Origin: an uncultured Gemmatimonadales bacterium
GTDB lineage: Bacteria; Gemmatimonadota; Gemmatimonadetes; Longimicrobiales; Longimicrobiaceae
Assembly: GCA_963716255.1 (NCBI GenBank)
Contig: OY970303.1
Coordinates: 6,624,001 to 6,688,000 of the forward strand
DNA length: 64,000 bases
Direction: 5' to 3'
Part shown: positions 8,081 through 18,600 of the stretch, in pieces
Layout of the letters: each line of letters begins with the position of its first letter
Numbering within the stretch: the stretch's first letter is position 1
The notes under the pieces: model-generated
What the model was told of the DNA's origin: nothing
Seen by the model: only the letters and a program-made list of their open reading frames with translations
Database searches by the model: none
Made by a program: the position numbers and the translations under genes

Positions 8081-11000
8081 ATGAGCGAGGAACAAGTCGG
8101 GCTGCTCAGAGACCTCTCACCGGAGAAGCGGGCCCTCGTCCTCAAGGCCCTGAGGGAAGGGGCCATGGAGACCCAGCGGGCGCCCATCGGCCGCAGGGAC
8201 GTACAGGATGGACCCATCCCGCTGTCCCTGTCGCAGCACAGGCTCTGGCTGGCGGATCAGCTGCGGCCGGGCAGCCGTGCTTACAACGAGCTGTCGGCGG
8301 TCCGCCTGAGCGGACCGCTCGACGTGGGCGTGCTCGAGCGGGTCTTCACCGAGATCGTCCGACGCCACGAAGCCCTCCGTACCACCTTTCCCACCACGGA
8401 CGGCGAATCGGTGCAGGTGATCGCGCCCGCACGACCCATGAAGCTCCTGGTCCACGACCTGAGCACGCTGGGGGAGAGCGAGCAGGACGCCGAGATCCAG
8501 CGGCTGGCCGACGAGGAGACCGGCCACACCTTCGACCTCTCACGCGGGCCGCTGCTCAGGCTGGCGCTCCTCCGGCTGTCGGAGCAGCAGCACGTCCTCT
8601 TCGTCTCGGCACATCACATTGTCCTGGACGGCTGGTCGATCGGTGTCTTCCGGCGTGAGATGACGGAGCTCTACCGCGCCTTCCGCGCGGGACAGCCTTC
8701 GCCGCTGCCGGAGCTGCCGGTACAGTACGCGGATTTCGCGATCTGGCAGCGGCAACAGCTCCGGGAGGAGGACAGGGAGCGCCAGCTCCGGTACTGGACG
8801 GTGCAGCTGAAGGATCTTCCACCGCTGCTGCAGCTCCCGACGGCGAACCCCCGTCCCGAAATCCAGACGTTTCGCGGAGCGAGGCAGCATTTCGAGCTCG
8901 GAGCCGAGCTCACTGAGGGACTGAAAGCGCTGAGCCAGCGCGAGAGCGTCACTCTCTTCATGACCCTGCTGGGAGCCTTCCAGATCCTGCTCCACCGCCT
9001 GTGCAACCAGACCGACGTCCCCGTGGGCACGGTGGTCGCCAACCGCAGCCAGGCCCAGATCGAAGCCCTCATCGGCTTCTTCGTCAACACGCTGGTCATG
9101 CGCGGCGACCTGGACGGCAACCCGAGTGTCCGGGAGCTGCTGCGGCGGGTGAGCCGCGTCGCCGTGGAGGCCTACGAGCACCAGGAGCTGCCGTTCGAGT
9201 ACGTGGTGGAAGCCCTCCAGCCGGAGCGGTCCCTGAGCTACCATCCGCTCTTCCAGGCATTCTTCGACGTGCAGAACACCCCCAGACCCGTGGTGGACCG
9301 TGCGCACCTGACGCTCGTCCCCATGCAGGTGGACAGCGCCCCGGCGAGGTTCGACCTGAACCTGTCCATGGAGGACACGTCCCGGGGGCTCCAGGGCTAC
9401 TGGCAGTACAGCACCGACCTGTTCGAGCCGGACACGATCAGCCGGATGACCGGTCATCTGCAGACGCTGCTGGAAGGGATGGTCGCGAACCCCGACCAGC
9501 ACGTCGCGATGCTTCCGCTGCTGACGTCCGAGGAGCGGCGGCAGGTACTGGTCGAATGGAACCAGACGAATGCCGACGTCCCCCAGGGCACGTGCATCCA
9601 CCACCTCATCGAGGCACAGGCCGCCCGGACGCCGGATGCCGTCGCCGTGGCGCACGGGGGCCGGTGCCTCACCTATCGGGCGCTGGATCGTAATGCCAAC
9701 CAGCTTGCCGGCCGTCTGCGAGTGTCGGGCGTTCGCACCGGGGCCCCGGTGGGGGTCTGCATGCCGCGCTCGGCGGAGGCGGTCGTGGCGCTGCTCGGTG
9801 TGCTGAAAGCCGGGGGCGCTTACGTGCCGCTCGACCCCGACTGGCCCAGGGAGCGACTGGCCGAGATCCTGGCGGACGCGGATCCGGCGGCGCTCGTGAC
9901 CCAGGGGCACCTGGCTTCGGCGGTCCCCGCCGGTGGCACGCCCGTGATCTTCCTGGACGCCGCAACGGAGGAGTGCGACGACGGCCCGGGAGATCCCGGC
10001 GTTCCGGTCTCGCCCGACGACCTCGCCTACGTGATCTACACCTCGGGCTCGACCGGGACCCCGAAGGGGGTGCTGGCGAGCCACCGGAACCTGGTCCACT
10101 CCACGGCGGCGCGGTGGATCTACTACCGGGAGCCGGTGACCAGCTTTCTGCTGGTCTCGCCGTTCGCGGTGGACAGCTCCGTGGCAGGGATCTTCTGGAC
10201 CCTGACTCAGGGCGGATCCCTGGTGGTGCCCTCGGACGAGGTCCTCCTCGACATCGCCGGGCTGTGTGAGCTGATCCACGCCCAGCGGGTCTCCCACCTG
10301 CTGAGCATTCCCGCGCTTTATGCCGCCATCCTGGAGGAGGCGCAATCCCGGCAGCTCGCTTCGCTCCAGGCCGTGATCCTCGCCGGTGAGCCGTGTCCGG
10401 CGAGAATCGTCACAGAACACCGGCGGCGGCTCGGGCAGGCGGCCATCTTCAACGAGTACGGGCCCACCGAAGCCACGGTCTGGAGCACCGTCTACCGGTG
10501 TGACCTGCTGCCGCCGCGCACCCCGGTTCCGATCGGGCGGCCCATCGCCAACACGCAGGTCTACCTCCTGGACGACAATGGCCAGCCGGTGCCGGTGGGT
10601 GTGCCTGCGGAGCTGCACATCGGGGGGGCGGGTGTGGCCCGCGGCTACCTCAATCGGCCGGAGCTGACCGCCGAGAAGTTCGTGTCCGCCGGGTTCCCCG
10701 AGGCTTCGGGCACTCGCCTCTACAGGACCGGCGACCTGGCGCGATTCCTACCGGACGGCAACATCGAGCTTCTGGGCCGGTCGGACCAGCAGGTGAAGAT
10801 CCGCGGCTTCCGCATCGAGCTCGGCGAGATCGAGACCGTCCTCTCGCAGTTCTGGGCCGCCAGGGAGGCCGTGGTCACGGTACGGGAGGACGAGGAGGGG
10901 AACAAGCGTGTGGTCGGCTACCTGAGCTCGAACACGGCCGTGCCGTTCTCCATGGACGAGCTGCGGGGATTCCTCTCGGAGAGGCTTCCCGCGCACGCGG

Positions 11001-11623
11001 TGCCGTCGGAGCTGGAAGTGCTGGAGAGCCTGCCCCGGCTCCGCAACGGAAAGGTCGACCGGGCGAGCCTCCCCGTGCCGGGGACGCCGCGGACCGGCGT
11101 GGCCGCAGCGCCGGGAGACGAATGGACCGACCTGGAGCGGGCGATCGCGGAGATCTGGAAGGCGACGCTGAACAAGGAGGCGGTGGGCCGCGACGACAAC
11201 TTCTTCAAGATCGGCGGGGACTCGCTCTCCATCGTGCGGGTCTACAACCGCGTGCGCGACATCACGGAGACGCAGCTCGCGATCACGGACCTGTTCAAGC
11301 ACCCCACCGTCAGCTCCCTGGCCAGGTTCATACAGCCGGAGCCGCCCGCCGAGCCCGGCTGGACGGAGCTGGAGCAAGCGATCGCGGAGATCTGGAAGGC
11401 GACGCTGAACAAGGAGGCGGTGGGCCGCGGCGACAACTTCTTCAAGATCGGCGGGGACTCGCTCTCCATCGTGCGGGTCTACAACCGCGTGCGCGACATC
11501 ACGGATACGCAGCTCGCGATCACGGACCTGTTCAAGCACCCCACCATCAGCTCCCTGGCCAGGTTCATCGAATCGGTGCCGGCGGAGGAGGGATCCGAGG
11601 AAAGGAGGCCCGTCACGATCTGA
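8081..11623 (+). CDS. NRPS, C-A-T-T; A-domain code DSALIAEVWK (His-like)
   Basis: HHIVLDGWS, YTSGSTGTPKG, NEYGPTEATVW, YRTGDL, NGKVD and two near-identical T domains (FFKIGGDSL). N-terminal LSPEKRALV docking helix. GGGAG RBS upstream. Confidence 0.93.
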   Translation: MSEEQVGLLRDLSPEKRALVLKALREGAMETQRAPIGRRDVQDGPIPLSLSQHRLWLADQLRPGSRAYNELSAVRLSGPLDVGVLERVFTEIVRRHEALRTTFPTTDGESVQVIAPARPMKLLVHDLSTLGESEQDAEIQRLADEETGHTFDLSRGPLLRLALLRLSEQQHVLFVSAHHIVLDGWSIGVFRREMTELYRAFRAGQPSPLPELPVQYADFAIWQRQQLREEDRERQLRYWTVQLKDLPPLLQLPTANPRPEIQTFRGARQHFELGAELTEGLKALSQRESVTLFMTLLGAFQILLHRLCNQTDVPVGTVVANRSQAQIEALIGFFVNTLVMRGDLDGNPSVRELLRRVSRVAVEAYEHQELPFEYVVEALQPERSLSYHPLFQAFFDVQNTPRPVVDRAHLTLVPMQVDSAPARFDLNLSMEDTSRGLQGYWQYSTDLFEPDTISRMTGHLQTLLEGMVANPDQHVAMLPLLTSEERRQVLVEWNQTNADVPQGTCIHHLIEAQAARTPDAVAVAHGGRCLTYRALDRNANQLAGRLRVSGVRTGAPVGVCMPRSAEAVVALLGVLKAGGAYVPLDPDWPRERLAEILADADPAALVTQGHLASAVPAGGTPVIFLDAATEECDDGPGDPGVPVSPDDLAYVIYTSGSTGTPKGVLASHRNLVHSTAARWIYYREPVTSFLLVSPFAVDSSVAGIFWTLTQGGSLVVPSDEVLLDIAGLCELIHAQRVSHLLSIPALYAAILEEAQSRQLASLQAVILAGEPCPARIVTEHRRRLGQAAIFNEYGPTEATVWSTVYRCDLLPPRTPVPIGRPIANTQVYLLDDNGQPVPVGVPAELHIGGAGVARGYLNRPELTAEKFVSAGFPEASGTRLYRTGDLARFLPDGNIELLGRSDQQVKIRGFRIELGEIETVLSQFWAAREAVVTVREDEEGNKRVVGYLSSNTAVPFSMDELRGFLSERLPAHAVPSELEVLESLPRLRNGKVDRASLPVPGTPRTGVAAAPGDEWTDLERAIAEIWKATLNKEAVGRDDNFFKIGGDSLSIVRVYNRVRDITETQLAITDLFKHPTVSSLARFIQPEPPAEPGWTELEQAIAEIWKATLNKEAVGRGDNFFKIGGDSLSIVRVYNRVRDITDTQLAITDLFKHPTISSLARFIESVPAEEGSEERRPVTI
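11121..11570 (+). repeat. Tandem direct repeat (237 bp period) encoding a duplicated T domain
   Basis: WTDLERAIAEIWKATLNKEAVGRDDNFF...SSLARFI followed by WTELEQAIAEIWKATLNKEAVGRGDNFF...SSLARFI; the DNA is almost identical. Confidence 0.95.
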
Positions 11624-11694
11624 GCTGAGCCGCCACGTAGGGAGAAGCCGCACGCAGCGCGGACCAGGTGAACTACATCAACCCGGAGGAGCAA

Positions 11695-12573
11695 ATGAGG
11701 AACACCGTGATCGAGCCGTTCGGAAGCGGCAGCGCCAAGATCATCCATAACCGCAACGGACAGAGCGTTCTCGACCTCCCCGTCGACGAGGTCAGGGAGC
11801 TGTTCAAGTCGTCCGGGGCGCTCCTCTTCCGCGATTTCGGGGTGGACCCCGAACAGATGAAGGCGTTCGCGGACCAGTTCAGCTACAAGTTCAACCGGGA
11901 CCGCCTGAGGCCGCCGGTGGAGGGCAGCGACGGGTTCGTGCAGATGGTGACCGAAGGGATGGGCTACGTCGAGCCGCACAGCGAGCAGGCGAACTCTCCG
12001 TTCCGCCCGGACGCGATCTGGTTCTGTTGCGGCACACCCGCCGAGCAGGGCGGGGAGACTCTCTACTGGGACGGGGTTCGCCTGTGGGACGAGTTCAGCC
12101 CCGAGCTCAGGAAGCTCTTCAGCACGAAGAAGCTCCGGTTCTTCCAGCGCTACACCCCGGACAAGTGGAAGCTGTTCCTGGGACCAGGATCCACCCTGGA
12201 CGACGCCCGGCGCTCCCTGGACGACGTCGAGGGCCTCTCCTACTTCGTGAGCGAGGACGACTCCATCTACCTCGAGTACGTGTGCTCGGCCGTGGTCAGG
12301 ACCAAGTACGGCGAACAGGAGGCCTTCGTGAACAGCCTCCTGTCGGAGCGGGAGAACACCCTTGGGGAGCTCATGTCGTTCGACGACGGAACGGAGATTC
12401 CCGACGACGTCATCGGCGAGGTCACAGAAGCCGTGAACCGGCGTACCGAGGAGATCCCGTGGCAGCCGGGGGACCTGGCGTTCATCGACAACTGGCGCTA
12501 CATGCACGGCCGCAACCCGTACACGGACAAGCGGCGGAAGATCTATTCCAGTCTCAGCTTCCTCAACTTCTAG
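11695..12573 (+). CDS. TauD/TfdA (clavaminate synthase/SyrP-like) Fe(II)/2-oxoglutarate dioxygenase
   Basis: GALLFRDF, H-S-E iron motif, GGET, WQPGDLAFIDNWRYMHGR. GGAGG RBS precedes ATG 11695 (the ORF track starts at 11668). Confidence 0.9.
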   Translation: MRNTVIEPFGSGSAKIIHNRNGQSVLDLPVDEVRELFKSSGALLFRDFGVDPEQMKAFADQFSYKFNRDRLRPPVEGSDGFVQMVTEGMGYVEPHSEQANSPFRPDAIWFCCGTPAEQGGETLYWDGVRLWDEFSPELRKLFSTKKLRFFQRYTPDKWKLFLGPGSTLDDARRSLDDVEGLSYFVSEDDSIYLEYVCSAVVRTKYGEQEAFVNSLLSERENTLGELMSFDDGTEIPDDVIGEVTEAVNRRTEEIPWQPGDLAFIDNWRYMHGRNPYTDKRRKIYSSLSFLNF

Positions 12574-12612
12574 GGTCGTGTCGTCGTAACCGCCCGCGAA
12601 CGAGGAACCGCA

Positions 12613-15600
12613 TTGGGAACCCAAGACCTGCGCGAACGGCCACGCGACGTTCCACGGGAAGACCCGCGTCACGTACGTGTGCCCGTGGTATACCCCCGGG
12701 CGCGGCCGGACTGCGCTCCTCTCTCCTTCGCGCAGCAGCGGTTATGGCTCCTGGACCAGCTCGACCCGGGGCTCTCCACGTACAACCTTCTCCTAGCCAT
12801 GCGGCTCACCGGAGGGCTGCGCGCGGAGGCGATGGAGCGCGCGATCGATGGCGTCGTGCGTCGGCACGAGGTACTGCGCACCACGATCGGAGAAGCCGAC
12901 GGAGAGCCCGTGCAGGTCATCGCTCCCGAGCTGCACGTGCCGCTCCTGCTCCGCGACCTGCGAGAGCTTCCGGGAGAGGAGCGGGAGGCGCGGGCGCGGC
13001 AGGCCATGAGGGCGCAGGAGGGGACCCCTTTCGACCTGCGGCGGGGGCCGCTCCTCCGGGCGGAGCTGCTGCGTCTCTCGGACGAGGAGCACGTGCTCCT
13101 CCTGGCCGTGCACCACATCGTCTCCGACGCGTGGTCTCTCGGCGTGCTCTTCAGCGAGATCGAAGCGCACGCCGATGCGTTCGCGAACGGGAAGGCACCA
13201 TCCTTCGCTCCACTGCCGATCCAGTACGCGGACTATGCGGTCTGGCAGCGAGACTACCTCCGGGGGGAAACGCTCGAGAGGCACCTCGCGTTCTGGAGGG
13301 AGCGGCTCGCAGGCGCACCCGCACTGCTTGAGCTCCCCACCGATCGTCCCCGTCCCAAGGTGCGGAGCTTCCGGGGCACCGAGTATACCGTGCCCCTCAC
13401 CGCCGGAATCGGGGAGCGGCTGCGCGATCTGGGCGCGGAGGAGTACGCGACGCCCTTCATGGTGCTCCTCACCGCGTTCAACGTGCTTCTTTACCGCTAT
13501 ACCGGAGAGCAGGACCTGGTCGTCGGGACGGTCGTGGCCAACCGTACCCTGCCGGAGAGCGAAGGGCTGATCGGCTTCTTCGTGAACACGCTGGTGATGC
13601 GCACGGACCTCTCCGGAGACCCTTCCTTCCGGGAACTCCTGGGGCGCGTACGCGACGCGACGCTCGGAGTCTTCGCCCACTGGGACGTTCCCTTCGAGAA
13701 GCTCGTGGAGGAGCTGAGACCCGAACGGAGCCTGAGCCACAATCCGTTCTTCCAGGTGATGTTCGTGCTGCAGAACGTCTCGCAGGGAGCACTGCGGCTC
13801 GACGGCATCGGGGTGGAGGTCGTGGAAACCGAGAAGACCACCTCCAAGTTCGACCTCACGCTATTCGTCGAGGTGAAAAACGCACGGCCCGTGCTGTTGC
13901 TGGAGTACAACACGGATCTCTTCGACGCCAGCACGATCGAGCGCATGGCGGAGCATTTTCGCATGCTTCTCGATGCCGCCGTCGAGGGGCCGGACGGCCG
14001 GATCACGGAGGTGGGCTTTCTCTCCTCCGCCGAGCGTGTGCGGATCCTGGCGGAATGGAACGCCACGGAGCGCGACTACCCTGCCGGGGCCTGCATCCAC
14101 GTCCTGTTCGCCGATCAGGCCCGGAGCACTCCGGACGCGGTGGCGGTCGTGCACGGCGAAGAGACGCTCACGTACGGAGAGCTGGATCGGCGCGCCAACC
14201 GCCTGGCGAACGCCTTGCGGAGGCGCGGGGTGGGTCCGGAGGCATGCGTCGGGGTGTGCATGCAGCGGACACCCGCGATGCTGGTGTCCCTTCTCGGGAT
14301 CCTCAAAGCCGGCGGAGCATACGTGCCGCTGGATCCCGCCTACCCCCCGGAGCGGATCCGCTCCATGATCGAGGACGCCGCCGTGGGGCTCGTCCTCACC
14401 GAGACTCCACTCCTCGGGGCGCTTCTGGGGTCCGGGGTCGCTTTCCTGGACCTCGACACCGCGTCCGAGGCGCTGGTCGGAGAGTCGGAGGCGGCACCCG
14501 TGACGGGAGTGGCCCCTGAAAACCTCTCGTACGTGATCTTCACCTCCGGAAGCACGGGGCGCCCCAAAGGGGTGATGCTCCAGCATGGGGGCACCGTGGT
14601 CTTCCTGCGCTGGATGCGGGAGCTCGTTCCGGCCGAGGAGTGGTCGTCCGTACTGGGCTCGACCTCGATCAGCTTCGACGTGTCGGTGGCCGAGGTGTTC
14701 GGCACCCTCTGCTGGGGCGGGAAGCTGGTGCTGGTGCAGAACGTCCTGGAGCTTTCCTCCGTGTCCGAGGCGGAGGAGGTGAAGCTGGTGACGACGGTCC
14801 CCACGGCCGCCGCGGAACTGCTGCGCAGCGGGGGAATTCCGCGGAGCGTACGGGCCTTCAACCTGGCTGGAGAGGTCCTCACGCCAGAGCTGGCGCGGGG
14901 GCTCTACGCGCTCGGCCACGTGGAGCAGGTGCGCAACCTGTATGGGCCCACGGAGGACACGACCTATTCCACTTGCGCGCTGGTGGAGCCGGGAAGGGAG
15001 CGGGTGGGGATCGGGCGGCCCATCGCCGACGCGCAGAGCTACGTCCTCGACCCGGGTCTGCAGCCAGTGCCCGTGGGGGTCGCCGGGCAGCTGTTCCTGG
15101 GTGGCGACGGACTGGCGCGCGGGTACGTCCACCGGCCCGGGCTGACGGCGGAGCGCTTCGTGCCCAACCCGCACGGCGTGCCGGGGTCGCGCATGTACCG
15201 CACGGGAGACCGGGCGCGCTGGCGGCCGGATGGCACGCTGGAGTACCTCGGGCGCACGGACCACCAAGTGAAGGTGCGCGGCTTCCGCATCGAGCCGGGA
15301 GAGATCGAGACGGCTCTCCGTGAGCAGGAAGGCGTGCGGGACGCGGTGGTGACGGTGCGGGAGGACACGCCGGAGCAGAAGCGGCTGGTCGCCTACGTGG
15401 TCCCGGACGAGGGCGCCGGGGTGCCGACGGCGGAACTGCGGGCGCGCCTGGCGGCCCGCCTGCCCGAATACATGGTGCCCCCGGCGTTCGTGGTGCTGGA
15501 ACGCCTGCCGCTCAACTCCAACGGCAAGGTGGACCGGGGGGCGCTGCCGGCGCCGGAGCAGGGAGCGGGGGCAGCGTACGTGGCGCCGCGGACGCCGGTG

Positions 15601-18600
15601 GAGGAGGTGGTGGCGGGGATCTGGGCGGAGGTGCTGCGCCTGGAGCGGGTGGGGGCGGAGGAGGGCTTCTTCGAGCTGGGGGGCCACTCGCTGCTGGCCA
15701 CACAGGTGGTCTCGCGGGCTCGGCAGGCGTTCGGGGTGGAGGTGCCGCTGCGGGCGCTCTTCGAGGCGCCCACGGTGGCCGCGCTCGCCGGGCGAATCGA
15801 GGTGCTGCGCGGCGCGGGCGCCTCGCCGGCGCCGCCCCTCGTGCCGGTGCGGCGCGACGGCGCGCCGCTGCCGCTGTCGTTCGCGCAGCAGCGGCTGTGG
15901 TTCCTGGACCGGCTGGAGCCGGGTAGCGCCGCGTACAACATCCCGGCCGCGCTGCGCCTGCGCGGGGCGCTGGACGTGGCCGCGCTGGGGCGCGTCCTGG
16001 GCGAGGTGGTGCGACGCCACGAGTCGCTGCGCACGACCTTCGCCGAAGCCGCGGGCGGACCCGTGCAGGTGGTGCACGAGGCCGTACCCGTGGCGCTCCC
16101 GGTGGTGGACCTGTGCGCCGGGGCGGCGGCAGAGCGCGAAGCCGCGGTGCTCCGGCTGGCCGGCGAGGAGGCCCGGCGGCCCTTCCACCTGGCCGCTGGG
16201 CCGCTGCTGCGCGCCGCGCTGCTGCGCCTGGCCGACGAGGAGTGGGTGCTGCTGTTCACCATGCACCACGCCGTCTCGGACGGGTGGAGCATGGGCGTGC
16301 TGGTGCGCGAGGTCTCCGCGCTGTACACCGCCTTCAGCCGCAGCGAGGAGGCGGAGCTCGCGCGGCTACCGGTGCAGTACGCGGACTACGCGGTGTGGCA
16401 GCGCGAATACCTGGCCGGCGAGGTGCTGGAGGCGCAGCTCTCCTGGTGGCGCGAGCGCCTGGCCAGTGCGCCTCCGCTCCTGGATCTGCCCACCGACCGC
16501 TCCCGCCCCGCGGCAGCCAGCGAGCAGGCGCGCGTGCTCCCCTTCACGCTCCCGGCAGAGGCCGTGGACGCGCTGCGGGCACTGGGGCGGGCGGAGGGAA
16601 GCACGCTCTACATGGTGCTGCTGGCGGGCTTCCAGGTCCTCCTCTCCCGCTACGCCGGAGAGGTGGACGTGAGCATAGGCTCGCCGGTGGCGGGACGGAC
16701 GCGCGCGGAGACGGAGGGGCTCATCGGCTTCTTCGTCAACACGCTGGTCGTGCGCACCGACCTGGCAGGAGACCCTTCGTTCCGCGCGCTGCTGGGGCGC
16801 GTGCGCGAGGCCGCCCTGGGGGCCTTCGCGCACCAGGAGGTGCCATTCGAGAAGCTGGTGGAGGAGCTGGCCCCGGAGCGCAGCCTGGCGCGCACGCCGC
16901 TCTTCCAGGTGATGTTCAGCCTGCAGAACGCGGAGCGCGGCGAGCTGCGCCTGGGCGACGTGCGGGCGGAGCCGGCGGGGGTAGTTGGAGCGCTGGCCAA
17001 GTTCGACCTGAACCTGGGGGTGACGGAAGAGGGCGATGGGCTGGCCGGGTCGCTGACGTACCGCGCCGAGTTGTGGGATGCCGCCACGATGGAGCGGATG
17101 CTGGAGCACTTCCGCGCGCTCCTCACGGCGCTTGCCGCAGAGCCGGGGCGCAGGCTCGCGGAGCTGGGAATGCTCTCCGGCCAGGAGCGCCGGCAGGTGG
17201 TGGAGGAATGGAACGCGAGCGCGCGCGCCTACCCGGCGGGGCTCACCCTGCATGGGCTGGTGCAGGCGCAGGCGCGCCGCACGCCCCGGGCGGTGGCGCT
17301 CGTCTTCGAGGGCCAGACGCTTACCTACGCCGAACTGGAGGCACGTGCCGAAGCGCTCGCCGTCCGCCTGCGGGCCCTGGGGGTGGGCCCCGAGGCGCGC
17401 GTGGGCGTCTGCGCGGAGCGCTCGCCCGAGCTCGTCGTGGCGCTACTGGGCACGCTCCGGGCCGGCGGCGCCTACGTTCCCGTGGATCCCGGCTACCCGG
17501 CCGAGCGCATCGCCTACATGCTCGCCGACTCCGGCGTGCCGGTGCTGCTGACCCAGGAGCGCCTGGCCGGCGGCCTCCCGGAGTTCGGCGGCGAGGTGGT
17601 GCTGCTCGACCGCGCAGACGGCGCCGAGCGCGCGGGCTACGTCCGCACTCCCTTCCCGGAGGTGGATCCCGAAGGGCTGGCGTACGTCATCTACACCTCG
17701 GGGTCCACCGGCCGGCCCAAGGGAGCGATGAACGCGCACCGCGGCATCGTCAACCGGCTGCTGTGGATGCAGGAGCAGTACGAGCTGGGAGCCGGAGACG
17801 TGGTGCTGCAGAAGACGCCGTTCGGCTTCGACGTCTCGGTGTGGGAGCTCTTCTGGCCGCTGATGACGGGGGCGCGCCTGGTGCTGGCCCGCCCGGGGGC
17901 CCATGGGGACCCGCGCTACCTGTCGGAAGTGATCGAGCGGGAGGGGGTGAGCACGCTGCACTTCGTGCCGCCCATGCTGCAGGCCTTTTTGGACGCTGGG
18001 GAGCCGGGGCGGTGCGCGTCGCTGCGGCGGGTGATGTGCAGCGGCGAGGCGCTGCCGTACGAGCTGACGGAGCGCTTCCGCGAGGCGCTGCCGGCGGCGG
18101 AGCTTCACAACCTGTACGGGCCCACCGAGGCCGCGGTGGACGTCACGTACTGGAAGTGCGAGCCGCGGGAGCGTCGCGTGGTGCCGATCGGGTGTCCGGT
18201 GGCGAACACGCGCCTGTACGTGCTGGACGGCGCGGGCGAGCCGGCGCCGGTGGGGGTGCCGGGCGAGCTGTTCATCGGAGGGTTGCAGGTGGGTCGGGGC
18301 TACCTGGGGAGGGCGGAGCTTACGGCGGAGAAGTTCGTGCCCGACGCGCTGTCGGGAGATAGGGGAGTGCGCCTGTACCGGACCGGGGACCGGGCGCGGT
18401 GGACGCTCGCCGGCGAGGTGGAGTACCTGGGGCGGATGGACTTCCAGGTGAAGGTGCGGGGGTTCCGGATCGAGCTGGGGGAGATCGAGGCCGCGCTGCT
18501 GGGGCACGCCGGAGTTCGCGAGGCGGTGGTGCTGGCGCGCGAGGACGCACCCGGCGACCGGCGGATCGTCGCGTACGTGGTGCCCGGGGGAGAGGTGGCA

